Source: an uncultured Gammaproteobacteria bacterium (GTDB taxonomy: Bacteria > Pseudomonadota > Gammaproteobacteria > GCA-001735895). Taken from it: DNA of 64,000 bases. The stretch lies in assembly GCA_964480635.1 (NCBI GenBank), contig CAYZQE010000001.1:8812-72811 (forward strand), in the 5' to 3' direction. Below the pieces are notes generated by a model. The model did not search any database, was not told where the DNA came from, and saw nothing but the letters and a program-made list of their open reading frames with translations. The translations under genes were made by a program, and so were the position numbers. Positions 1 through 8,223 of this stretch are shown here, one piece after another (the first letter of the stretch is position 1; every line of letters starts with the position of its first letter).

Positions 1-2
1 GT

Positions 3-611
3 ATGGTGATGTCACTTATCTTGTTAGCACCTAGTTGGGGTGGCATGATTAACGGCATTATGACGTTATCGGGCAGTTGGGAAAAATTGCGCACTGACCC
101 TATTTTAAAATTCTTAGTTGTTTCCGTATCGTTCTATGGCATGGCAACTTTTGAAGGCCCTATGATGGCGATCAAAACGGTTAATGCTTTGTCTCATTAC
201 ACTGACTGGACTATTGGTCATGTTCATTCAGGTGCTTTAGGTTGGGTGGCGTTCATTTCGATTGGAGCCTTGTATTACTTATTGCCGCGTCTTTATAATC
301 GTGAAATGTACAGCACAAAACTGATTGAAATGCATTTTTGGATCGCAACAGTTGGCATTGTTTTATACATCACATCCATGTGGATCTCAGGCATCATGCA
401 AGGTTTGATGTGGAGAGCTATAAATGCCGACGGCACCTTAACCTATAGCTTTGTTGAAAGTGTTCAAGCCATGCATCCTTTTTACATTATCCGCTGGTTA
501 GGCGGTGTATTCTTTGTTGCCGGCATGTTTATTATGGCTTACAACATTTACAAAACAATTAAAGGGGCGGAACCTGCTACTGCAAATGTTCCCGTACCGG
601 CGGCTCATTAG
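3..611 (+). CDS. ccoN: cbb3-type cytochrome c oxidase subunit I (CcoN), C-terminal fragment; 5' end lies outside the window
   Basis: The ORF is open from the window edge and translates to a multi-TM, His-rich protein (HVHSGALGW). It sits immediately upstream of ccoO, ccoQ and ccoP in the canonical order. Confidence 0.85.
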   Translation: MVMSLILLAPSWGGMINGIMTLSGSWEKLRTDPILKFLVVSVSFYGMATFEGPMMAIKTVNALSHYTDWTIGHVHSGALGWVAFISIGALYYLLPRLYNREMYSTKLIEMHFWIATVGIVLYITSMWISGIMQGLMWRAINADGTLTYSFVESVQAMHPFYIIRWLGGVFFVAGMFIMAYNIYKTIKGAEPATANVPVPAAH

Positions 612-620
612 GAGAAGACC

Positions 621-1229
621 ATGAATTTACAAGAAAAAATTGAACAAAATATTGGTCTTTTAGCCTTCTTCACAATCTGCGTTATTAGTATTGGCGGACT
701 GACACAAATTGTGCCTCTATTTTTTCAAGAAAGCACAACGAAACCGGTAGAGGGTTTAAAGCCCTATACAGCTTTAGAGCTTACTGGACGTGATATCTAC
801 ATTCGTGAAGGCTGTGTGCAGTGCCACTCGCAAATGATTCGCCCTTTTAGAGCAGAAACAGAGCGTTATGGTCATTATTCTGTGGCGGGCGAATTTATTT
901 ATGACCGCCCTTTTCTTTGGGGTTCGAAACGAACTGGGCCTGATTTACATCGGGTTGGTGGTCTCTATTCTGACGAGTGGCATATTGTTCACTTAATCAA
1001 CCCCAGAGATGTTGTGCCTGAATCTATTATGCCCTCATACCCTTGGCTTGCTGAGAATAAAATTGATGCCAGTGACATTCAAAATAAATTGAAAGCGCTA
1101 CGCTTTTTGGGTCATCCCTATTCTGAAGAAGAAATTAAAAATGCGCCTAATGAGTTAGAGGGTAAAACAGAAATGGATGCCATGGTGACATACTTACAAT
1201 CACTCGGCACTTCTTTAAAGAAGATGTAA
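621..1229 (+). CDS. ccoO: cbb3-type cytochrome c oxidase subunit II (CcoO), mono-heme c
   Basis: It has an N-terminal TM helix and a single CVQCH heme-c motif. Its length (202 aa) and position after ccoN fit CcoO, and an RBS (GGAGAAG) precedes the start. Confidence 0.9.
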   Translation: MNLQEKIEQNIGLLAFFTICVISIGGLTQIVPLFFQESTTKPVEGLKPYTALELTGRDIYIREGCVQCHSQMIRPFRAETERYGHYSVAGEFIYDRPFLWGSKRTGPDLHRVGGLYSDEWHIVHLINPRDVVPESIMPSYPWLAENKIDASDIQNKLKALRFLGHPYSEEEIKNAPNELEGKTEMDAMVTYLQSLGTSLKKM

Positions 1230-1244
1230 CCCAAGGGGAATAAA

Positions 1245-1448
1245 ATGGATAACACAACCATACAATCTATCTGGACTGTTTTAGTTTTTATCACCTTTAT
1301 TGGTATCATTTTTTGGGCCTATAGTGGTGCTAGAAAAAAAGAGTTTGATGCAGCGGCTAATTCCATCTTAGAAGAGGATGATTTACCGATGAGTCCGGCT
1401 AAAAAAACAACCTCTAATAGCGACGAAAACACCAAGGAGACAAAATAA
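1245..1448 (+). CDS. ccoQ: cbb3 oxidase small subunit CcoQ-like (67 aa, single TM)
   Basis: A small single-TM ORF lies between ccoO and ccoP. Its stop overlaps the ccoP start (TAATG). Confidence 0.6.
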   Translation: MDNTTIQSIWTVLVFITFIGIIFWAYSGARKKEFDAAANSILEEDDLPMSPAKKTTSNSDENTKETK

Positions 1449-2344
1449 TGTCTGATTTTTACAGTGGATTTTGGACCGTTTGGATTGCCATTGGTGCCTT
1501 AGGCGGCATTGGGTTTTTAATGATTTTATTAATAACAAATACAACGCAAACCATAAAGCCAGGTGAAGAAGCCAAATCAATGGGGCATAGTTGGGATGGC
1601 ATTGAGGAACTCAACAATCCTCTCCCTCTATGGTGGCTGATTATGTTTTGGCTATCTATTTTCTTTGCCCTCGGATACCTTATAGTCTATCCAGGCATCG
1701 GCAGCTACACGGGTTTCTTAAAAACAAATATCGAAGAATATAATGAAGAGATTATCTTAGCTGACGTTAAATTTAATCCAATCTTCGAAAAATATGCCGC
1801 AATCGATATTGTCACTTTATCCAAAGATGAAAAAGCGATGAGAACGGGCGGACGCTTATTTTCGAATAACTGTGCCATCTGTCATGGATCAGATGCGCGA
1901 GGCTTTAGAGGATTCCCTAATCTAACCGACAAGGCCTGGTTATTTGGCGGTCAACCTGAACAAATTAAAGCCTCGATCCTTAATGGCCGCAATGGTGTCA
2001 TGCCAGCTTGGCAAGCTATTTTAGGTGATGAGGGTGTTAAGGAGGTAACTTCTTATGTTTTAAGCTTATCTGGGCGTAAAGCACCTGCTGACGAAGTTGC
2101 CGCTGGAAAAACTAAATACGCTGCTTGTGCCGGCTGTCATTTGCCGACAGGTACTGGCATGCATGCTTTAGGTGCGCCTGACTTAACCGATAATGTTTGG
2201 TTATATGGTGCTAATCGTAAAGCCATAGAAAAATCCATAGCACTCGGACGTAAAGGTGTTATGCCCAAGTTTATGGATAAATTAGGTGAAGATAAAGCTC
2301 ATTTAGTTGCCGCTTATGTCTATAGCCTAGGCGAAAAAGAGTAA
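1448..2344 (+). CDS. ccoP: cbb3-type cytochrome c oxidase subunit III (CcoP), di-heme cytochrome c
   Basis: It has an N-terminal TM helix and two CxxCH motifs (CAICH, CAGCH). Its length (298 aa) and synteny fit CcoP. Confidence 0.9.
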   Translation: MSDFYSGFWTVWIAIGALGGIGFLMILLITNTTQTIKPGEEAKSMGHSWDGIEELNNPLPLWWLIMFWLSIFFALGYLIVYPGIGSYTGFLKTNIEEYNEEIILADVKFNPIFEKYAAIDIVTLSKDEKAMRTGGRLFSNNCAICHGSDARGFRGFPNLTDKAWLFGGQPEQIKASILNGRNGVMPAWQAILGDEGVKEVTSYVLSLSGRKAPADEVAAGKTKYAACAGCHLPTGTGMHALGAPDLTDNVWLYGANRKAIEKSIALGRKGVMPKFMDKLGEDKAHLVAAYVYSLGEKE

Positions 2345-2356
2345 GAGGAAAATGGG

Positions 2357-2635
2357 ATGGATACAAATACCAAAGACCGCAGACAAAGCCTACCTCAAAC
2401 CCAAAGAGTCATTTGTGTTTTATGGCCTTCTTTTCTAGCTGCGGGCATTCAAACCATTTTCTTTTTCGTCCTATTCGACCCTGGTATTATCTTTTATGAG
2501 TATAACATCAGTCGTTTAGGCTCTTATTCTGTCGGTTTTTTTGCTTTTTGGTTTTTTTCCATTATCCCCAGCCTATTAACACTCTATTTCGCAAAGCCTT
2601 GTAGGCCTTGCAACATTATTAAAGACGACCGCTAA
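2357..2635 (+). CDS. small hydrophobic hypothetical protein (92 aa) between ccoP and ccoG
   Basis: A good RBS (AAGAGGAAAA) sits 7 nt upstream of the ATG. The protein has two predicted TM segments. I recognise no family. Confidence 0.35.
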   Translation: MDTNTKDRRQSLPQTQRVICVLWPSFLAAGIQTIFFFVLFDPGIIFYEYNISRLGSYSVGFFAFWFFSIIPSLLTLYFAKPCRPCNIIKDDR

Positions 2636-2661
2636 TTCAACACCCCTCCTTTTTAAAGTGA

Positions 2662-4083
2662 GTGATGACAGAGAAACCAATGACTGACCTTAATAAGTCT
2701 AACAACTCCGAAGCTGAAGAAATTACACAATCTTTATACGCTAAACGAGAAAAAATCTACCCTCGTGAAGTGCACGGTATGTTCGCTGCTCTACGCGTCA
2801 GTGGCGTGTCTTTATTACTTGGGTTTTATTATATTATGCCTTGGCTTATGTGGGATGGTCGCCAAGCCATTTTATTTGACTTACCCGAACGAAAATTTTA
2901 TGTCTTGGGCATGATATTTTGGCCACAAGATTTTATTTATCTGGCATTAATGCTTGTGGTAGCCTCTTTAGTTCTGTTCTTTTTTACTGCTTTAGCCGGT
3001 CGTTTATGGTGTGGTTTTGCTTGCCCTCAAACCGTTTGGACTGAATCATTTTTATGGATTGAACGTAAAATTGAGGGCACTCGTGTTCAACAAATGAAGC
3101 TGGATAAAATGCCTTGGAACGCTAATAAAATCAGTAAAAAAGGCACTAAACATTTTCTTTGGTTAGCTTTTTCTTTATATACAGGCTTCACCTTTGTTGG
3201 TTATTTTTCACCGATTCAACAACTCAGTGTTGATTTTATTGGCTTTAACCTCGGCCCTTGGGAAACCTTTTGGATTTTCTTTTACGGTCTTGCCACCTAT
3301 GGCAATGCTGGCTGGCTACGCGAGCAAGTGTGTAAATTTATGTGCCCTTATGCCCGCTTTCAAAGCGCCATGATTGATAATGACACGCTGATTATTTCGT
3401 ACGATACAAAACGCGGCGATCCAAGAGGCTCACGCAAGAAAGACAGTGATTTTGAAGCCGAAAATTTGGGCAGCTGTATTGACTGCTCAATCTGCGTTCA
3501 GGTCTGTCCGACGGGTATAGATATACGCGATGGCTTGCAATATGATTGCATTGGCTGTGCGGCCTGTATTGATGCCTGCGATGATGTTATGGATAAGATG
3601 GGTTATCCCAAGGGCTTAATTAAATACACCACCATGAACAATATTGAAGGCAATAAAACCCAAATTTTACGCCCACGTATCATTGTCTATGGCATTATTT
3701 TAATCGCTGTTATTGTAGGTACTTTTGCTAGTATTATTGCCCGCTCACCCATAGAGTTGGATGTTATACGTGATCGTAATACTCTATTTCGTGAAACCGA
3801 TGAGGGTTTAGTTGAAAATGTATACATTGTGAAAGTTATCAATAAAGATAATCGGGCACATGAGTACTCTTTGACAGCTTCAGGTATCGAAGACATGCAA
3901 ATATTTATTTCTCGTAAACGTATTTATGCTGATTCTGGTTTAGTCGTTGAAATACCTGTGCGGCTCGTCGTAGACCCAGATATGCTTAAACAACGTAGTA
4001 GTAAAATACATTTTCACCTCAAGGCTTTGGATGCAGATTTAAGCGCTGATGAAGAAGCACGCTTTTTAGGGCCACAATTTTAA
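2662..4083 (+). CDS. ccoG: cbb3 oxidase accessory protein CcoG/FixG (polyferredoxin-like, 4Fe-4S)
   Basis: It has TM helices plus two ferredoxin-type cysteine clusters (CIDCSICVQVCP and CIGCAACIDAC). Its length (473 aa) and position fit CcoG. Confidence 0.85.
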   Translation: MMTEKPMTDLNKSNNSEAEEITQSLYAKREKIYPREVHGMFAALRVSGVSLLLGFYYIMPWLMWDGRQAILFDLPERKFYVLGMIFWPQDFIYLALMLVVASLVLFFFTALAGRLWCGFACPQTVWTESFLWIERKIEGTRVQQMKLDKMPWNANKISKKGTKHFLWLAFSLYTGFTFVGYFSPIQQLSVDFIGFNLGPWETFWIFFYGLATYGNAGWLREQVCKFMCPYARFQSAMIDNDTLIISYDTKRGDPRGSRKKDSDFEAENLGSCIDCSICVQVCPTGIDIRDGLQYDCIGCAACIDACDDVMDKMGYPKGLIKYTTMNNIEGNKTQILRPRIIVYGIILIAVIVGTFASIIARSPIELDVIRDRNTLFRETDEGLVENVYIVKVINKDNRAHEYSLTASGIEDMQIFISRKRIYADSGLVVEIPVRLVVDPDMLKQRSSKIHFHLKALDADLSADEEARFLGPQF

Positions 4084-4601
4084 TGACAACAATGAAACAA
4101 CCACATTGGGCAAAAAATCCATTGGTTTGGATGATTATTTTCTTTCCAACTGCAGCCGTTGTTGCTGGCTTTAATTTACTCTATCTCGCCATAGTGACTG
4201 ATGATGGGCTTGTCTCTGGAGACTATTACAAGGAAGGTATGGGCATTAATAAAACCATTACTCATGACCTAATTGCCATAGAAAAAAACATCAATGGCTT
4301 AATGAGCATTAATGCCAGTACTGGATCTATTCAAACACGATTTTCTAACGATATTAAGTCATCGTTAGGTAAATCATTACCGTTCGAACTCGTTCATCGT
4401 ACAATTCCGGGGTTCGATCAACAGACAACATTAAACCAAGTAGGTGATACCTTACTTTACACGGGCAACATTAATAGCTTACCCAATACAGGCGGACGAT
4501 GGCGTTGGAAAATCCAACATGACGATTGGCGTATTAGTGAACGCTTTACAACGAAAAAACAAGAGGTTATTGTTCATAGCTTCCCTAGTATTCCACAATA
4601 A
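4083..4601 (+). CDS. ccoH: FixH/CcoH-like assembly protein
   Basis: Its start is translationally coupled to the ccoG stop (TAATG). It has a single N-terminal TM helix, is 172 aa long, and sits in the FixH position. Confidence 0.6.
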   Translation: MTTMKQPHWAKNPLVWMIIFFPTAAVVAGFNLLYLAIVTDDGLVSGDYYKEGMGINKTITHDLIAIEKNINGLMSINASTGSIQTRFSNDIKSSLGKSLPFELVHRTIPGFDQQTTLNQVGDTLLYTGNINSLPNTGGRWRWKIQHDDWRISERFTTKKQEVIVHSFPSIPQ

Positions 4602-4625
4602 GTATTCTTCAATAAGTACTAGACT

Positions 4626-5345
4626 ATGTTGCATGACCTCATACTGACGGCATTTATTATGGGTTTATTTGGCTCCATTCATTGCATTGGCATGTGTGGG
4701 GGTATTATTGGTACGTTAAGCATGAGCTTATCGACCCAACTCAAACCAAAACCACGTCCTCTTTATTTATATTTACTAAATTATAATATTGGGCGCATTA
4801 TAAGTTATGTTATGGCGGGTGCTATTGTGGGTTTAATAGCAAACTTTACAATCCAACAATTACCTAATCCCCACCAATACAGCATGATAATTTCAGGGGT
4901 TTTTCTCGTTGCCTTTGGTTTATATATTAGTCAGTTGTGGATGGGGCTATCTAAGTTAGAGCAGTTTGCTGCCCCTTTTTGGCAAAAAATACAACCTCTG
5001 GCACATCAGTTTTTACCGCCTAAAACACCGCTTAGGGCTTTGCCTTTAGGTTTAGTTTGGGGTTGGCTACCCTGTGGCTTAGTGTATGCGGTATTGCCCA
5101 TTGCTTACAGTGCAAATTCTATTCAAGGCTCCATGCTTGTTATGCTTGCATTTGGTTTAGCGACTCTCCCTATGTTAATGCTCTTAGGCAGCTCTGCTCT
5201 GTACGTAAAATCGTTAATGCAAATTAAAGCCGTTAGATTAATCTTGGGTGGTTTATTAATATTATGGGGGCTTAATCAAATTTTTGGCTTATCTCAATAT
5301 CTATTCAATCAAGATCAGGCTCATCAGCAGATGATTCATCACTAA
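4626..5345 (+). CDS. TauE/SafE-like or DsbD-like polytopic membrane protein with an HCxGMCGG motif, of the type often linked to ccoS loci
   Basis: It has 6-7 predicted TM helices and an N-terminal 'SIHCIGMCGG' motif. It occupies the position where ccoI and ccoS normally follow ccoGH. Confidence 0.5.
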   Translation: MLHDLILTAFIMGLFGSIHCIGMCGGIIGTLSMSLSTQLKPKPRPLYLYLLNYNIGRIISYVMAGAIVGLIANFTIQQLPNPHQYSMIISGVFLVAFGLYISQLWMGLSKLEQFAAPFWQKIQPLAHQFLPPKTPLRALPLGLVWGWLPCGLVYAVLPIAYSANSIQGSMLVMLAFGLATLPMLMLLGSSALYVKSLMQIKAVRLILGGLLILWGLNQIFGLSQYLFNQDQAHQQMIHH

Positions 5346-5348
5346 AAA

Positions 5349-5663
5349 TTAAGGCTCAACCGTTACCATCAAAACCATATTAGGGTGAATAGCACAATTA
5401 ACTTCTACCTCGCCTGCTTTGTCGAAATCAATACCTTTTGATTCACCCGGTGGATAAGAACCTAATTCAAATGATTTTATAGCCGATAAACTATACACAT
5501 TATGAAAAAACGGGTCTTTATTGGGGAATTCGATTCGATCACCTACTTTTATTGTGATCGCCTTAATCGAAAATGCTTTTTTAAACTGAGACACTTCAAA
5601 TATTTCTGCTTGAACTGAACTTGCCAATAGCATTAAAAATAACAATTTAATAGTATGCTTCAT
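5349..5663 (-). CDS. secreted minimal cupredoxin (type-1 copper protein, amicyanin/pseudoazurin-like)
   Basis: It has a signal peptide. Candidate T1-Cu ligands are a His (FHNV) and C-A-I-H-P-N-M near the C-terminus. It lies 1 nt downstream of the MauG-like gene on the same strand. Confidence 0.6.
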   Translation of the reverse strand: MKHTIKLLFLMLLASSVQAEIFEVSQFKKAFSIKAITIKVGDRIEFPNKDPFFHNVYSLSAIKSFELGSYPPGESKGIDFDKAGEVEVNCAIHPNMVLMVTVEP

Positions 5664-5664
5664 C

Positions 5665-6699
5665 TTATCTTTTTCCTGGTAAATTGGGATATTGAAATGG
5701 CTTTTGCTGGCTTGTTAGTGCTTTCAAAAACTCAATAATTTGTGATTTTTCTTGTTTCGTTAATTCTAAATTTAAATTTATGCTGGGTGATAAATTCTTT
5801 TTCACTTGATTAGCGCCCAAATAGTGCTTCATTACACTGCTTAAATCTTTCGCTGAACCATCATGAAAATACGGCGCTCTTAGGGCAATATCTCTTAATG
5901 TAGGGGTTTTAAATGCACCATCTAACATGGCTAGGGGCACTATTTCTTTTCGCCCTAATAAATGATTCGGGCTATCGAAACTTTGTAACCCAATGTTATG
6001 AAAACCATCATCGGTAAAATTGGGTGCTTGATGACAAAGAATACATTGGGCTTTTTCAGAAAACAATTGAAACCCTGCTACTTGATTGTTTGTTAATGCG
6101 TTTTTATCACCTTTAATCCATTGATCAAATAATGAATTATCACTGAGTATTGTTCTTTCAAAAGCGGCTAATGCTTCTGCTATGGTTTTTTTACTTATTC
6201 CTCGTTCTGGGAAAAGTGATTTAAACTGACGAGAGTAAATAGGAATTGCTTTTAAATCTACAATAACCTTGGCAAATGTTTTGTTAGAATGAGCATTTAA
6301 ATTAGCCCTTGAGCCTAAAGCTGCATAAGCTTCAAATTCTAATGTTTTAGCCCGTCCATTCCATGTGAAAATAGTTTGGTAAGCAACATTAACCAATGTT
6401 TGAGTATGAACACGTGATTTTTTACCGCCTAATCTCACGGCAGTGACTAAACCATCTTCCCAGCCTTTTTCAGGAATATGGCACGACGAACAAGAGACTT
6501 TCCCAGAACTGGATAAACGTTCATCAAAAAATAATTGCTTACCAAGTGATGCAAGGGCTTTATTTTGTTCGTTATGAGACGCAACACTGGGTAATAACCA
6601 ATGTTGTAAACTGGGATGCCCCGCTTGGTAAACTTGAGAAAAAGTAGAACTTGAGTAAAAAAGTAGTCCAATAAGAAGTGCGCGTAAGATATTCTGCAT
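5665..6699 (-). CDS. di-heme cytochrome c peroxidase of the CCP/MauG family
   Basis: It has a signal peptide and two CxxCH motifs (CSSCH, CILCH). Its length is 344 aa, typical for the family. Confidence 0.75.
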   Translation of the reverse strand: MQNILRALLIGLLFYSSSTFSQVYQAGHPSLQHWLLPSVASHNEQNKALASLGKQLFFDERLSSSGKVSCSSCHIPEKGWEDGLVTAVRLGGKKSRVHTQTLVNVAYQTIFTWNGRAKTLEFEAYAALGSRANLNAHSNKTFAKVIVDLKAIPIYSRQFKSLFPERGISKKTIAEALAAFERTILSDNSLFDQWIKGDKNALTNNQVAGFQLFSEKAQCILCHQAPNFTDDGFHNIGLQSFDSPNHLLGRKEIVPLAMLDGAFKTPTLRDIALRAPYFHDGSAKDLSSVMKHYLGANQVKKNLSPSINLNLELTKQEKSQIIEFLKALTSQQKPFQYPNLPGKR

Positions 6700-6780
6700 G
6701 ACTCTTTATAGGACAAACCACTATAAAAGTCTAGGTTTATCACTAATAGAGTGCTGTTTAGAGCGATATAGTGTTAAGGC

Positions 6781-6860
6781 GACCACTGGGAACGCACGAG
6801 GAATCTGCTGTCTTTAAGTTCTAATATGAGTGTAGAGATTCTCGTTTATTCGCAGTGGTC
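6781..6860. other. long imperfect hairpin (about 80 nt) upstream of the MauG-like gene
   Basis: Outer arms gaccactg (6781-6788) and cagtggtc (6853-6860) pair. Inner arms cgaggaatc and gattctcg also pair. Confidence 0.3.
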
Positions 6861-6868
6861 AATTAAAT

Positions 6869-7090
6869 TCAAAAACCTATCAATTCTGCATGATAGCCCT
6901 GGCCAATAAGAGCGCCCAATATGTGCTGAGAGCTAATTTCTTTATAATCATAATCGACAATCATTAAATGTGGATGTTTATCCGTGCCTGTAACGGTGTT
7001 AACACCGTTTAAGGCTTCTAGGTTATGTTCGACGTCATGAAAAGCAGAAATATCTAAGTTCTCATCTATATGGACTGTGACATTACTCAT
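6869..7090 (-). CDS. hypothetical protein (73 aa counted from the internal ATG with a strong RBS)
   Basis: An AAAGGGGAATCCAATG RBS and start context lies at 7090. I recognise no family. The upstream in-frame extension to 7180 has no RBS. Confidence 0.35.
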   Translation of the reverse strand: MSNVTVHIDENLDISAFHDVEHNLEALNGVNTVTGTDKHPHLMIVDYDYKEISSQHILGALIGQGYHAELIGF

Positions 7091-7248
7091 TGGATTCCCC
7101 TTTAAACCCCTATTTAGTGGGTACAGATAAAGAATAGAGCAAGAAAATTTAATATGGTAATTAAATTTTTTTATAAGCAATTGTCGCAGATGCTTTAATT
7201 AAAATTTTAAATATTATGAGGCTTTAATAAAGACGTAAAAACAGTAGC

Positions 7249-8223
7249 TTATACAACAAACTTAGATGCTTTTGTAATGGTATGAACATCTGAATTTTCT
7301 TTGTTTGCCTGCTCACTTAAGTAACGCCGCCACTGCTTTGCACTGGGTTGACCGTGAAACAAACCGATTATATGCGGCACTATTTTTGTTAAACGCATCC
7401 CTTTCGTCATTTGGTTTTCAATATAAGGCAATATTTTGTCTAAAATATCATGCCGCGTTAAGGTGCTTTTCTCGCCATTAAACAACATTTCATCTATGTC
7501 ATTTAACATATAAGGGTTGGCATAAGGTTCACGCCCTAACATCACGCCATCACAATGCTCTAAATGTCCTTGGCATTCTGTTAATGTTTTAATGCCTCCA
7601 TTGATAATCATTTCTGTGTTTGAGAACTGTTTTTTTAAATCATAGACCCATTGATAGTTTAAAGGCGGCACATCTCTATTTTGCTTTGGGCTTAAGCCTT
7701 TAAGCCATGCTTTACGGGCATGAATAATTAACGCATCAACACCGGCATCAACTTGGCATTGAACAAAACGCTGTAATTCGTCATAGCTGTCTTGGTCATC
7801 AATACCAATGCGATGCTTTACTGTGATTGGAATGTTGACAGCGCGCTTCATCGCATCAACACATTCGGCAACAAGCTCTGGGCTTGCCATTAAACAGGCA
7901 CCAAAAAAACCAGATTGCACACGATCACTGGGGCACCCCACATTAAGATTGATTTCGTCATAACCCCATTGTTCGCATATTTTTGCGACTTCAATTAGCT
8001 CATTTATATCAGAGCCTCCCAACTGAATGGCGATGGGGTGCTCTGTTTCGTCAAAGTCGAGTAAATATGGTCGATCACCAAACAAAATTGCTTTTGTGGT
8101 TATCATTTCGGTATACATCAAAATATTCTTTGAAAATAAACGCAAAAAGTAACGCGCATGGCGATCGGTACAATCGAGCATGGGCGCGACGCTAAAACGC
8201 CGATCAACCTTATGCTTAGTCAT
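7249..8223 (-). CDS. dusA: tRNA-dihydrouridine synthase A
   Basis: The N-terminal 'FSVAPMLDCTDRHARYF' and overall TIM-barrel Dus signature match DusA. The protein is 324 aa. Confidence 0.85.
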   Translation of the reverse strand: MTKHKVDRRFSVAPMLDCTDRHARYFLRLFSKNILMYTEMITTKAILFGDRPYLLDFDETEHPIAIQLGGSDINELIEVAKICEQWGYDEINLNVGCPSDRVQSGFFGACLMASPELVAECVDAMKRAVNIPITVKHRIGIDDQDSYDELQRFVQCQVDAGVDALIIHARKAWLKGLSPKQNRDVPPLNYQWVYDLKKQFSNTEMIINGGIKTLTECQGHLEHCDGVMLGREPYANPYMLNDIDEMLFNGEKSTLTRHDILDKILPYIENQMTKGMRLTKIVPHIIGLFHGQPSAKQWRRYLSEQANKENSDVHTITKASKFVV

